Virus record (IMG/VR): IMGVR_UViG_3300021400_000529
Coordinates: 64,001 to 128,000 of that record
Length of the DNA: 64,000 bases
Direction: 5' to 3' (one strand)
Origin: a virus
Taxonomy: Duplodnaviria > Caudoviricetes
Shown here: positions 9,567 to 18,477 of the stretch, piece after piece
Position numbering within the stretch: the stretch's first letter is position 1
Layout of the letters: each line of letters begins with the position of its first letter
Program-made: the position numbers and the translations under genes
The notes under the pieces: model-generated
Told to the model about the DNA's origin: nothing
Database searches by the model: none
What the model saw: the letters and a program-made list of their open reading frames with translations, nothing else

Positions 9567-10463
9567 ATGGTAAACTCTGATAAAATTTTAAATTATCTTA
9601 TCAAACAACATTATAACTCTTTACAACTCTTAGAGAGTAATTATGATACATCAGTTATAGGATTTCGTTCAGGATTATTTAAATTATTCCAAGATACACA
9701 AAGAGATATAAACAAATACTTTGGGAACAATCCAGTTAAATTAGAATCAGAATCAGATATAATTTCTGTAATTAATGAAATACAACCCATCACTGATTCA
9801 TTTCTTGGAAAGTATGAGAAATTATTGAATAAATGGTTAAACCTCTCAGTAACTGTAGGAAGGAAACATGGCTTAATAATGAACACCCATAACCTGATTG
9901 ATTCCGACATGTATGAAGTAAATATTATGGGAGGTGCTGATAATAAACAGGGTGGGTATGGGAACCTTAACCCTTTTTCTGATGAGGTTTCTTTTCAGAG
10001 ACAGTATCTTGAAAAAAAAATAATAAATAATCTCTCACGAATATTAGAGGAAAATAAACTTTATGAAAGTAATATTTCATCAGATAATCATAGAAAAGTA
10101 GTTATTAACCAACCAGATACCTTGTTTAACCATTTTTTCAACCAATTATCATCTACTTTTAATAATAACGTTTCTTCTTTATTGTTACATCGTTGGATTA
10201 ATTATGGATTATACTCCCAATATGAACAGTATAATGAGTATCACGTATGGTATTCTCGTGAGGATGAGCATGTTCGTCCTTCACACCAGAAGTTGCACGG
10301 GGAGGTAAGGAAAGTGGGAGAACTTTTCTCAAATGGTTGTTTATATCCTGGTGATGAAAATGGAATACCAGAAGAAGTGATGAACTGTCGATGTTACACA
10401 TTACCCTTTAATGTAAATGATTTACCATCAGGTTTAAGGAGTGAAATAAGAAAATATGGGTAA
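9567..10463 (+). CDS. MuF / SPP1 gp7-like minor head protein
   Basis: W...D..VRPSH..LHG...F.NG..YPGD.....EVMNCRC signature; directly after the portal. Confidence 0.85.
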   Translation: MVNSDKILNYLIKQHYNSLQLLESNYDTSVIGFRSGLFKLFQDTQRDINKYFGNNPVKLESESDIISVINEIQPITDSFLGKYEKLLNKWLNLSVTVGRKHGLIMNTHNLIDSDMYEVNIMGGADNKQGGYGNLNPFSDEVSFQRQYLEKKIINNLSRILEENKLYESNISSDNHRKVVINQPDTLFNHFFNQLSSTFNNNVSSLLLHRWINYGLYSQYEQYNEYHVWYSREDEHVRPSHQKLHGEVRKVGELFSNGCLYPGDENGIPEEVMNCRCYTLPFNVNDLPSGLRSEIRKYG

Positions 10464-11271
10464 AAATCGGAAAAGTAGTGATGGTAAAAGTGGAGGAATT
10501 GTTAATCCTAACATAACTGGTGAAGTTCAAAAGGAATTGGATGAACTGGTTAAAGAGGAGGGAATAACATATACAATCACAGAAAATGGTGTGACAGTTG
10601 AACGAAATGGTATTGTCTATGAAGTAGGTAATGTGTTTCTTGAAAATAAAAGATTCAGTATTAATGGAAACACACCAGAAACACTTAAAAAAGTATTCAC
10701 ATATTATGATGAGTTCCCAAAAGAAATTCAAACAGTTAATAAAATTAATTTAATCTCTGACCCTACCAAAAAACCAGAAGTATTCGGATATTATAAACCA
10801 GACAACCCTAATGAAATAACATTATTACCATCAATACTTTCAGATAAGTATTATGCGAGTGATGGGAATTATAACAGTTTCAGGTATGTGATGTATCATG
10901 AGTCTGCACATAGTCTTGATTATTCTATGACCAAGTCTTGGGATCCTTTCACGGAAAGTCGATGGTGGATGATGGCTAATGCTGGGAAAGAAGCAGTATC
11001 TTATTATGGAAAGTATGCTTATATGGTTGGTGGTAATCCTGACCGTGAAAACTTTGCGGAGATGGTTGCTATACAAGCAACATATGAAGTTACTGGTCGG
11101 TGTGATAATATTCAGAAAGCAACGGAGTATTCATCGGATGAGGTTGTTTATAAAACTTACGAGGATTGGCATAAATCTAGTCCTGATTATGGAAAATATG
11201 ATCAATCATATGAATGGGTTGATGAAGTGTACCAGTTGGTAAAAGAGAAATATGAGAAAGGATATTATTAA
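10456..11271 (+). CDS. MGKNR-leader protein 5; lethal-factor-like zinc metallopeptidase
   Basis: MGKNRKSSDG; HESAHSLDY ... VSYYG ... RENFAE. Overlaps the MuF 3' end by 8 nt. Confidence 0.75.
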   Translation: MGKNRKSSDGKSGGIVNPNITGEVQKELDELVKEEGITYTITENGVTVERNGIVYEVGNVFLENKRFSINGNTPETLKKVFTYYDEFPKEIQTVNKINLISDPTKKPEVFGYYKPDNPNEITLLPSILSDKYYASDGNYNSFRYVMYHESAHSLDYSMTKSWDPFTESRWWMMANAGKEAVSYYGKYAYMVGGNPDRENFAEMVAIQATYEVTGRCDNIQKATEYSSDEVVYKTYEDWHKSSPDYGKYDQSYEWVDEVYQLVKEKYEKGYY

Positions 11272-11543
11272 CTCATAATTATGTGTTTACCATTTTTATC
11301 ATATGCATTGTAATGTCGGTCGGATGTTATGGATAATTCTTGTGTGGTTTCATTGTATTCTACTGTTATTTGTAAATCTATGTCTTCGATTTTTCCGGAA
11401 AATGTGTGGATTGTTTGTTTGTTTTCAGTTCTTTTTTCATACTTGCATGTGTGTTCATCAATGTATAGTTCCATTTCACCTAATTTGGGGGGGATGGTAA
11501 TGTTTATGTTTTTGTATTTTAGTAAATTTTTAAGCGTTATCAT
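11268..11543 (-). CDS. Small antisense partner of 10456..11271 (putative immunity/inhibitor)
   Basis: Convergent, 4-nt overlap; MITLKNLLKYKNINITIPPKLGE. Confidence 0.65.
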   Translation of the reverse strand: MITLKNLLKYKNINITIPPKLGEMELYIDEHTCKYEKRTENKQTIHTFSGKIEDIDLQITVEYNETTQELSITSDRHYNAYDKNGKHIIMS

Positions 11544-11682
11544 GGTTTTTGTTTTGTTTTAATTATTATTTATGTTTTATTATTATGCCTTTGTACTGTT
11601 ATGTTCATACTTTAATTTCGTCTTTTGTTACTCATATTGTGCTTGTTGGATTATATTCTTTCTATTTTATATATTTTAACTA

Positions 11683-11695
11683 TTTTATGATAAAA
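11683..11695. promoter_or_regulatory. Palindrome TTTTATGATAAAA downstream of a TATA-like box, upstream of TerL
   Basis: TTTATATA lies about 17 nt upstream. TerL ATG is 8 nt downstream with no SD, suggesting a near-leaderless transcript. Confidence 0.45.
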
Positions 11696-11702
11696 CCAAA
11701 TT

Positions 11703-13211
11703 ATGACTACTGATACTGATATTCCCATTAATTATTATAACCCTGCTTCATTGAATATTGCGATGTGGGGTCAATTAATTACGGAAGGTAAATGGGAGCC
11801 AAGACATTTTGACAAGATAATCATAGAATTCCTTTACTATGCTTTACAGGGTAAGATTTCTAAGATAATGATAAGCGTACCTCCAAGGCATGGAAAAAGT
11901 ACTTTGATAAGTAAAATATTTTGTTCATATTTTCTTGCAAACTTTCCTAATGAACAAGTAATTCTTTCATCATATTCTATGGGTTTGGCAAGTGAATTTG
12001 GTGGTGAAGTAAAAGATATATTAAACTTTTACTCTGATCAAACCTTACTCAAAGCTGGATTATCCTCTGACAGTAAAGCAAAAAACAAGTTCCATATGAG
12101 TCCACCTTTCAAGGGACAAATGTTAAGTGTGGGTGCAGCAGGTTCTATTTTAGGATTTGGTGCTGGATTATTTATCATTGACGACCCTATTAAAAACATT
12201 GCTGAAGCAGAAAGTCCAGTTTTACAAGAGAAACTTAACTCATGGTTTCATACCACAGCAAAAACAAGGCTTCAGAAAAGAAGCAATGGTCTTCCACCAA
12301 TAATGTTAGTTATTGCACAAAGATTACATGTGAATGATTTACAAGGTATTATTAAACGGAATGAACAATGGATACCAGCAAAAGAAGCACTAGAAGCATT
12401 ACGTGAAGGAAAAGGATTTAATGAAAATGTATGGATTGACTTAACACTACCAGCAATATGTGAAAACCCAGAGGAAGACCTTCTTGGAAGAGAAGAAGGA
12501 GAAGTATTATGGCCAGAACAACAAAACTATGAAAACTTAATGGCTGCTCGTAGAAGTATGGGAAGTTACTTGTTTAATGCAGTTTACCAAGGTAATCCTT
12601 CTATAAGACAAGGAAACATATTCAGAAGAGAATGGTTTTATGATGAAGGAGAAGTCACACCTAACTGTATTATTGATAAATCCGAACTTCCTGAAGATTT
12701 ACCAACACAAAGATACTGGGATTTTGCGGCCAACAGTAAAGTCAAAAAAGGAACTCCTCATGGTGACGAAACCAGTGGTGTATTAACAGGTTATGATGGA
12801 ACAACATTATATGTAATAGATTTGGTTAACAACAATTTCACTCCAAAACAAGTAAATGAAACATTCATCAGGACAGCATTGAAAGATGGTAAACAAACAA
12901 AAGTATTTATCGAGGAAGAACCTGGAAGTGGTAGCCGAATTCTTATTAACATGTACAGAAACAATCCAAAACTCAAGGGTTGGAATATAAGACCTGATAA
13001 AGTTAAGGGTCCTAAGAATATTCGAAGTTTTTCACTTGAAAATCTGGCAGAAAGTGGTAATATCAAGTTTGTAAGGAACAAATGGAATAATAAGATGATA
13101 GAACAGTTAATCAGTTTCACTGGTGAGGATGGTGAACGTGATGATATTGTGGACAGTTTAACTGGTAGTGCTCGTATGTGGTTGCATAAGAAAACTAAAA
13201 TAATATTATAA
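11703..13211 (+). CDS. terL: Terminase large subunit
   Basis: Walker A PPRHGKS, Walker B FIIDDP, YQGNP, nuclease YWDFA and RDDIVDS. Confidence 0.95.
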   Translation: MTTDTDIPINYYNPASLNIAMWGQLITEGKWEPRHFDKIIIEFLYYALQGKISKIMISVPPRHGKSTLISKIFCSYFLANFPNEQVILSSYSMGLASEFGGEVKDILNFYSDQTLLKAGLSSDSKAKNKFHMSPPFKGQMLSVGAAGSILGFGAGLFIIDDPIKNIAEAESPVLQEKLNSWFHTTAKTRLQKRSNGLPPIMLVIAQRLHVNDLQGIIKRNEQWIPAKEALEALREGKGFNENVWIDLTLPAICENPEEDLLGREEGEVLWPEQQNYENLMAARRSMGSYLFNAVYQGNPSIRQGNIFRREWFYDEGEVTPNCIIDKSELPEDLPTQRYWDFAANSKVKKGTPHGDETSGVLTGYDGTTLYVIDLVNNNFTPKQVNETFIRTALKDGKQTKVFIEEEPGSGSRILINMYRNNPKLKGWNIRPDKVKGPKNIRSFSLENLAESGNIKFVRNKWNNKMIEQLISFTGEDGERDDIVDSLTGSARMWLHKKTKIIL

Positions 13212-13229
13212 TATAATAAGGAATGAATT

Positions 13230-14141
13230 ATGGGAAAGAATAGAAAAAGTGGTGGTGGTTCTGGTGGTGGTAACAGTGCTCCGAGAGAAACACCAGAACA
13301 GTTCCAGCAGAGAGTTGACTTAGCTGAAAGTCTGATGACTGTTGAAATGCATATGATGGAAAAAGGAGCATTATCCAAGCCACAAATCAAAAGGTTGCTT
13401 AATACAGTAATGGATGAAAATACTGATTATGTTGGTTTGGTTCGGAAGAATGGTGCTTTTTTCCTACGGTTTGAGGAAAAGTTAGTGTCTCCTGATGGTA
13501 CTGAGCATACACATACACTTAACTTCAATACAGCTTCTTATAAGAATATGTATAAGAAGGATGCTATCATATCTATTGAGGAAATGATTTCTGCTTATAG
13601 GGATATTCCTGAGTTTAATAGGAATATGGCTTATAATTATTATTTTGGACAAACTACAGATGGTGATTGCAGTAAGCTTGGAGGATTATTTAAACCATCA
13701 GACAAATCAGTAAATATTGGTGTAGGATGTTTTAGTAACAAGAAAAGAAGTAGTAAAGATTGGATAAGAAATGTTTTAAACCATGAAAATACTCATGCTT
13801 CTGATTATGTAAATGTGGGTGGTTATATGACTCATTTAAGTCGAGATTCACCAGTTTTCAAAAGAATTATGAGTACAAACAAGGCTAGTGCATACAGTGA
13901 AAGTTATGGTGGTTGGAAATATTATTCAGAAAGTATAGCTGAAGCAGTAGCAGTAACAAGGATGTACAGGAAATATGGTAATGATCATGCTTTGATTTGT
14001 GATCCGGAAAAAAGTTATGTTGTAGGTAATGAAATTGATTATAAGACGTGGGCTAAACGGTATCCTGACTTGGCTAAGTTTGCTAACGATTTCATTGATT
14101 GTGATAGTGAATCGAAATTAAGGGGATTGTTTGAAGTTTAA
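13230..14141 (+). CDS. MGKNR-leader protein 6; lethal-factor-like zinc metallopeptidase
   Basis: MGKNRKSGGGSGGG; HENTHASDY ... ASAYS ... SESIAE. Confidence 0.7.
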   Translation: MGKNRKSGGGSGGGNSAPRETPEQFQQRVDLAESLMTVEMHMMEKGALSKPQIKRLLNTVMDENTDYVGLVRKNGAFFLRFEEKLVSPDGTEHTHTLNFNTASYKNMYKKDAIISIEEMISAYRDIPEFNRNMAYNYYFGQTTDGDCSKLGGLFKPSDKSVNIGVGCFSNKKRSSKDWIRNVLNHENTHASDYVNVGGYMTHLSRDSPVFKRIMSTNKASAYSESYGGWKYYSESIAEAVAVTRMYRKYGNDHALICDPEKSYVVGNEIDYKTWAKRYPDLAKFANDFIDCDSESKLRGLFEV

Positions 14142-14160
14142 TTTAAGAATGTTATTGGTT

Positions 14161-14436
14161 TTACATTAAATCTTCAGTGCCATCTTCATGTACAACATAT
14201 CCGGCGGTTGGTAATCCTTCAGATTCTTTTTCAAATGTGATTGTTTTTTTATTTTCATTGATTGTGATTGTGTCTGTGATTGGTCCTGTTGTTTTTGTGA
14301 AGATGTGTTGGTTACCTTCTTGTTTGTATGTGTACTGGTCTGCTGGTGGCATTATTAATCCTATTGTATGCTCTCTGAGTGTTTCTGGTATGTTCGTTTG
14401 AATATTATATTCTTTTATTAAATCATTAACTTTCAT
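14161..14436 (-). CDS. Small antisense partner of 13230..14141 (putative immunity/inhibitor)
   Basis: Convergent; AGGTGA RBS 5 nt before ATG 14436; MKVNDLIKEYNIQTNIPETLRE. Confidence 0.65.
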   Translation of the reverse strand: MKVNDLIKEYNIQTNIPETLREHTIGLIMPPADQYTYKQEGNQHIFTKTTGPITDTITINENKKTITFEKESEGLPTAGYVVHEDGTEDLM

Positions 14437-14552
14437 TTTAATCACCTGTTGTATTATGTATGTAATTGTATTTTAAGTAATATTTATATTTTATCATAAC
14501 CTCTAATAAGGAGTATACTGAGTATTTAGGAAGGAGTGAGAAATAATTTTTT

Positions 14553-15053
14553 ATGGGAAAAAATAGAAGTAATGGTCTTGGTGGAGGAAATGCTGGTAAT
14601 CCAGATGATTCTCTTCCAGATTATCGTTGGATAGATGATATTGGAGAAAATGGTGGTTACATTTCCAGACCAAAATGGGATGATGTTATGGTTGATGATG
14701 AACCATACGTTAGAGGTATTGTGGGTGTTTTATCCGATAATCCTGTTGGAATGTCTGTTGATGATATAATTGAATATTATGATGGTGGTCATGGTATTGT
14801 AGAAATTGGTTTTGATTCTGGAACAAATTATTCCTTTGAAGAACGTGGTTACATTAATGAAAGAGATTGGGATAATTTGAAAGCAGATTTACCAACTTAT
14901 CTCGATAACTTGGAAAGTGATGATGCAATTTATGTAAACAGGGATGGAAACTATGTTCTTAATCCTTACATTCAAGGATTACCTTCCAGTGAACAGTTAA
15001 TGGATGATGCAATGGATTATTATTCGGATTATGAAACATATATGGGATTATAA
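14553..15053 (+). CDS. MGKNR-leader protein 7; very acidic, possible winged-helix
   Basis: MGKNRSNGLGGG; D/E-rich; helix-helix-wing pattern (LSDNPVGMSVDDII ... IYVNRDGNYVL). Confidence 0.6.
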   Translation: MGKNRSNGLGGGNAGNPDDSLPDYRWIDDIGENGGYISRPKWDDVMVDDEPYVRGIVGVLSDNPVGMSVDDIIEYYDGGHGIVEIGFDSGTNYSFEERGYINERDWDNLKADLPTYLDNLESDDAIYVNRDGNYVLNPYIQGLPSSEQLMDDAMDYYSDYETYMGL

Positions 15054-15059
15054 TAAGTT

Positions 15060-15479
15060 ATGGGAAAAAACAGAAGTAGTCAAAACAAACAAGGTACAGT
15101 TCCATCCTCTTTAAATTCTGGGATGATAACGGAGGAATTTTCCAGATTATCCGATGTTCAAGAAGAATATAGTTTTATAGAGGGACAATTGGAAGGAGAA
15201 CCTGATGATTTTTATGAAACAAGATATTCATTATCTCAATCAATCATTGCATCAATTAATGAAGTTAAACGAACGATGTTAAAGTTAAGGGAGAATCCAT
15301 CTGACCAAGGATTGTATGATGAGTATAAGGAAAGGGAAAAGATAACTTTAGACTTTATTAATGCTTATTTTAGTTTTTTAAGGAGTTCACCATATTATGG
15401 TAATGCTGTGGATTGGTCCGAGCCTTATACTTCAATAGCATTTTCACCAGAAGTAGGGCATGGTGAACCTGTAATATAA
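15060..15479 (+). CDS. MGKNR-leader protein 8; acidic helical protein
   Basis: MGKNRSSQNKQG; tightly packed in the array. Confidence 0.65.
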   Translation: MGKNRSSQNKQGTVPSSLNSGMITEEFSRLSDVQEEYSFIEGQLEGEPDDFYETRYSLSQSIIASINEVKRTMLKLRENPSDQGLYDEYKEREKITLDFINAYFSFLRSSPYYGNAVDWSEPYTSIAFSPEVGHGEPVI

Positions 15480-15494
15480 TAATGGAGTAGTATA

Positions 15495-16007
15495 ATGGGG
15501 AAGAATAGGAGTCGTAATAGGCAACCTTCTGGTAGTAATGGTGAATCACCAACAATTGGTGATATGGAAATACCTAATGGTGTTGACACGATAACTGTGC
15601 AACCAGAGGAAAATCCTGGAACAAGAACAACACTTGAAAGAAATGAAGAAAAAATAAGGAAGGAACTAAACCAGTTATATAGTGATGTTTATGATGCTGA
15701 AGAAGAAAGAAGTTTCTTACATAGGGATATGTTAGACCGTCAACGAGAAGTTCAAAACATACAAGATAAGTTAGATGCTGTGAAAGCAAGTCCTAACGCA
15801 ACGGAGATAAGGATTACTGACCTTCAAAGACAATTAGATAAAGCTAATCGTGAATATGGTCAAGCTACGACTTTGTATGAGAAACAGAGAGATAAAGTTC
15901 AGGAGATGAATAATCGTATTTTCGAGTTAGAAACGGGTTTTAGTGGTACCGCTCCTTATGTTAATTGGGCAAAAGGAGAAATTGGAAATGATGATGATGG
16001 ATTATAA
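15495..16007 (+). CDS. MGKNR-leader protein 9; coiled-coil
   Basis: MGKNRSRNRQPSG; long heptad region; GGAG RBS. Confidence 0.65.
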   Translation: MGKNRSRNRQPSGSNGESPTIGDMEIPNGVDTITVQPEENPGTRTTLERNEEKIRKELNQLYSDVYDAEEERSFLHRDMLDRQREVQNIQDKLDAVKASPNATEIRITDLQRQLDKANREYGQATTLYEKQRDKVQEMNNRIFELETGFSGTAPYVNWAKGEIGNDDDGL

Positions 16008-16022
16008 AAATGGTAAATAATT

Positions 16023-16469
16023 ATGGGTAAAAATAGAGCAAGTACTTTACCAACTATGAGTGAAGATACTGCTGGAACAATATTTAATAAGGAAATAAGT
16101 AATCCTAATCCCGAAACAACTATAAAAATTGGGGAAAGAACTGTGGAATTACCTCGTGGTTATACAAAAGAAATGTTGGATAATAATTTAATGCGAACTA
16201 TGTTAAAGGATGTTCAACGGAACAGAATTACTGGTGAAGTAGGTTACTTATCTGGAAATCCTAAAGCAGATTTATATGAACTGTATGAATCTCCATATTA
16301 TCCATGGTCTGAAACATTTCCTAATTATGGTGATTTTGAAAGATATTATGAACAAAATGTTGAACCAAAAATGTTGGAACAAAGACAAGCTATGATGGAT
16401 TATCTTAAAGAACATGATGATAGGGTTATGGTTACAGCATATGGTTGGTTGAATGGTGATTATGAATAA
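16023..16469 (+). CDS. MGKNR-leader protein 10; unknown function
   Basis: MGKNRASTLP; last member before the prohead protease. Confidence 0.65.
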   Translation: MGKNRASTLPTMSEDTAGTIFNKEISNPNPETTIKIGERTVELPRGYTKEMLDNNLMRTMLKDVQRNRITGEVGYLSGNPKADLYELYESPYYPWSETFPNYGDFERYYEQNVEPKMLEQRQAMMDYLKEHDDRVMVTAYGWLNGDYE

Positions 16470-16530
16470 GATCTAATAATTTGAAATTGGGATTTATATT
16501 CACAGCTCAACGTGGAGATAACTAATTTTT

Positions 16531-18198
16531 ATGGATAAAATTATAATTACATGTCCTGTTTTAATTCCATTTACTCCTGATTGTGAATATTCGTATGGTG
16601 AGGAAGTTCTACCTCCTGAAAAAATTGAACAATTGGCAAATTCATTTAATGATTATAAGATTATTGATTTGCAACATGAGTTTACGAAACGGTTAATTAA
16701 TAAGTTAAATCCTATTCCTAGAGGTAAGCTTCTTAAAAGTTACATTGTACAAGACACTTTGCACCTCAAGGGTTTAGATGGTTTAATAAGAGAATATCCG
16801 AAGGGTACATGGATTATTTCAGTGGAAATAACTGATCCGGAAGCAAAACAATTATACAAAGATGGTGTACTAACAGGGTTAAGTGTAACTGTTAAAGAAC
16901 GTGAGCATGCTGATGCGATTATAGACTTTTTAGAGAATAACAGTGTTCCTTATCTGCCTGAACAAGTGGTGGAAGCTGAGAAAGCATTTTCAAAGGTTCC
17001 GAAGAGAATACTTATGAAAGATGTGGTGAACCCAGTTGCATTCACAGTTTCACTTGTAAGAGCACCTTGTGTGTATGATGCTAAGTTTTGTAAGAATTCT
17101 TGTTTGATAGTAAATAAGAATAAATTAAGGGAGAAGAAAATTTTGAATCTCAAAGAAAAAATTAAAAAAGAACTCAATAGTTTCATTGATGGTTTGGATG
17201 TTGAGGATGAAAGTGTTAAAGAGGACATTGAATCATCTGAACCTGTTGAAGTGTTAAAAGAAGATGTGGAAGATGCCTCAGAGGCTGTTAAAACGGAAGA
17301 AAATAGTAATGTAAGCGAACAATCCGAATCCATTAAAGAAGATGGTGATGGTGATGGTGACGGTAAGGGTGACGGCGATGGTAACGGAGGAACAAGTACT
17401 CCCGCAACACCATCCGGTGACGGTAATGGTAATGGAGGAACTACCCCTACCTCAACTGATAGTAATGGTGGGTCAACACCTACTTCAACTGGTGGAGATG
17501 GTGATAAAACATCTGACACAGATTCCACAACATCAACATCAACTGATGGTGGTGAATCAGATGATGATTCTGATGAAGATAACAGTACATCTAAAGGTAA
17601 AGTTAAGGAAGCTAAAAAAGAAGACCTTGAAACTGAATCTGAAAAATCAGAATCCAAAAAATGTGGTGGTACAAAAACCATTTATGGACGTAAAGTAAAA
17701 GTTTCTGAAGCCAAAAAAGAAACAGAAGAAGATGCTGTGGCAACAGAATCGGATAAGGTATTGTATCTTGCACAGGAAGATGTGGAAAGTTTAATCAGCA
17801 CCACACTAAGAAGATATGCTGATGAAGTTGAAAAAATGGTTTTTGATGGTATTCAAGAAGCATTAGATGATTACCTGTTTGCTAATGATACTTCTTATAA
17901 GGAAGATTTAAAATCAGAACCGGAAGAAGAGGAACCAGAAGAACCTGAAGAAGAGGAATCTCAAAAAGAATATGCAACAGCTGAAATGGTTCAGTCAATG
18001 TTCGATGAACAATTCTCATCATTCAAATCATCATTAATGGATAATATTAAACAGGCTCAAAAAGAATCAATAAAATCATACAGCAAAGCCATTACTCCAA
18101 GTGATGATGGATTATCTGATGAATCCGCAAAGGAATCATTTACTCCTCGTGTTCAAAGAGATTTTAATGGTTGTAGAATTAGAAGAGGAAGAAACTAA
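16531..18198 (+). CDS. Prohead protease (XkdF-like) fused to acidic scaffolding region
   Basis: IDLQH, PKGTW, GVLTGLSV and VSLVRAP motifs; long acidic/low-complexity C-terminus; directly before the capsid gene. Confidence 0.75.
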   Translation: MDKIIITCPVLIPFTPDCEYSYGEEVLPPEKIEQLANSFNDYKIIDLQHEFTKRLINKLNPIPRGKLLKSYIVQDTLHLKGLDGLIREYPKGTWIISVEITDPEAKQLYKDGVLTGLSVTVKEREHADAIIDFLENNSVPYLPEQVVEAEKAFSKVPKRILMKDVVNPVAFTVSLVRAPCVYDAKFCKNSCLIVNKNKLREKKILNLKEKIKKELNSFIDGLDVEDESVKEDIESSEPVEVLKEDVEDASEAVKTEENSNVSEQSESIKEDGDGDGDGKGDGDGNGGTSTPATPSGDGNGNGGTTPTSTDSNGGSTPTSTGGDGDKTSDTDSTTSTSTDGGESDDDSDEDNSTSKGKVKEAKKEDLETESEKSESKKCGGTKTIYGRKVKVSEAKKETEEDAVATESDKVLYLAQEDVESLISTTLRRYADEVEKMVFDGIQEALDDYLFANDTSYKEDLKSEPEEEEPEEPEEEESQKEYATAEMVQSMFDEQFSSFKSSLMDNIKQAQKESIKSYSKAITPSDDGLSDESAKESFTPRVQRDFNGCRIRRGRN

Positions 18199-18477
18199 GT
18201 TTATATTAAAGTAGAACAGGTTGCTTCATTTTTTTATTTAACTTGTTAATAACCACTAATGTGGATGATGACACATCAAAAAATTTATCTCTTTCATGAA
18301 AAATATGGAATAATTTAGTTAAAAAAAAAGGATATGGTTGAAATAAGAATATTAAGCGACTAAATTAATTTTTTTCAGATTAAGAGTAAACTATTGTTGT
18401 TTTTTTTTGTATTAATAAAATTTAAAAAAAGTGCATTATTTAACCAAAAAAATTATATATGGAGAAAATTTTTTATT

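Noticed and set aside
2766-16037. MGKNR starts interpreted as DNA repeats or recombination sites
   Set aside because: Synonymous variation at all four degenerate codons and no shared upstream DNA block.
16950-17681. 243-aa minus-strand ORF rich in S/P/L
   Set aside because: Antisense shadow of the low-complexity scaffold region, with no independent motifs.
18394-18477. Upstream extension of the capsid ORF
   Set aside because: AT-rich leader; GGAGA precedes ATG 18478.
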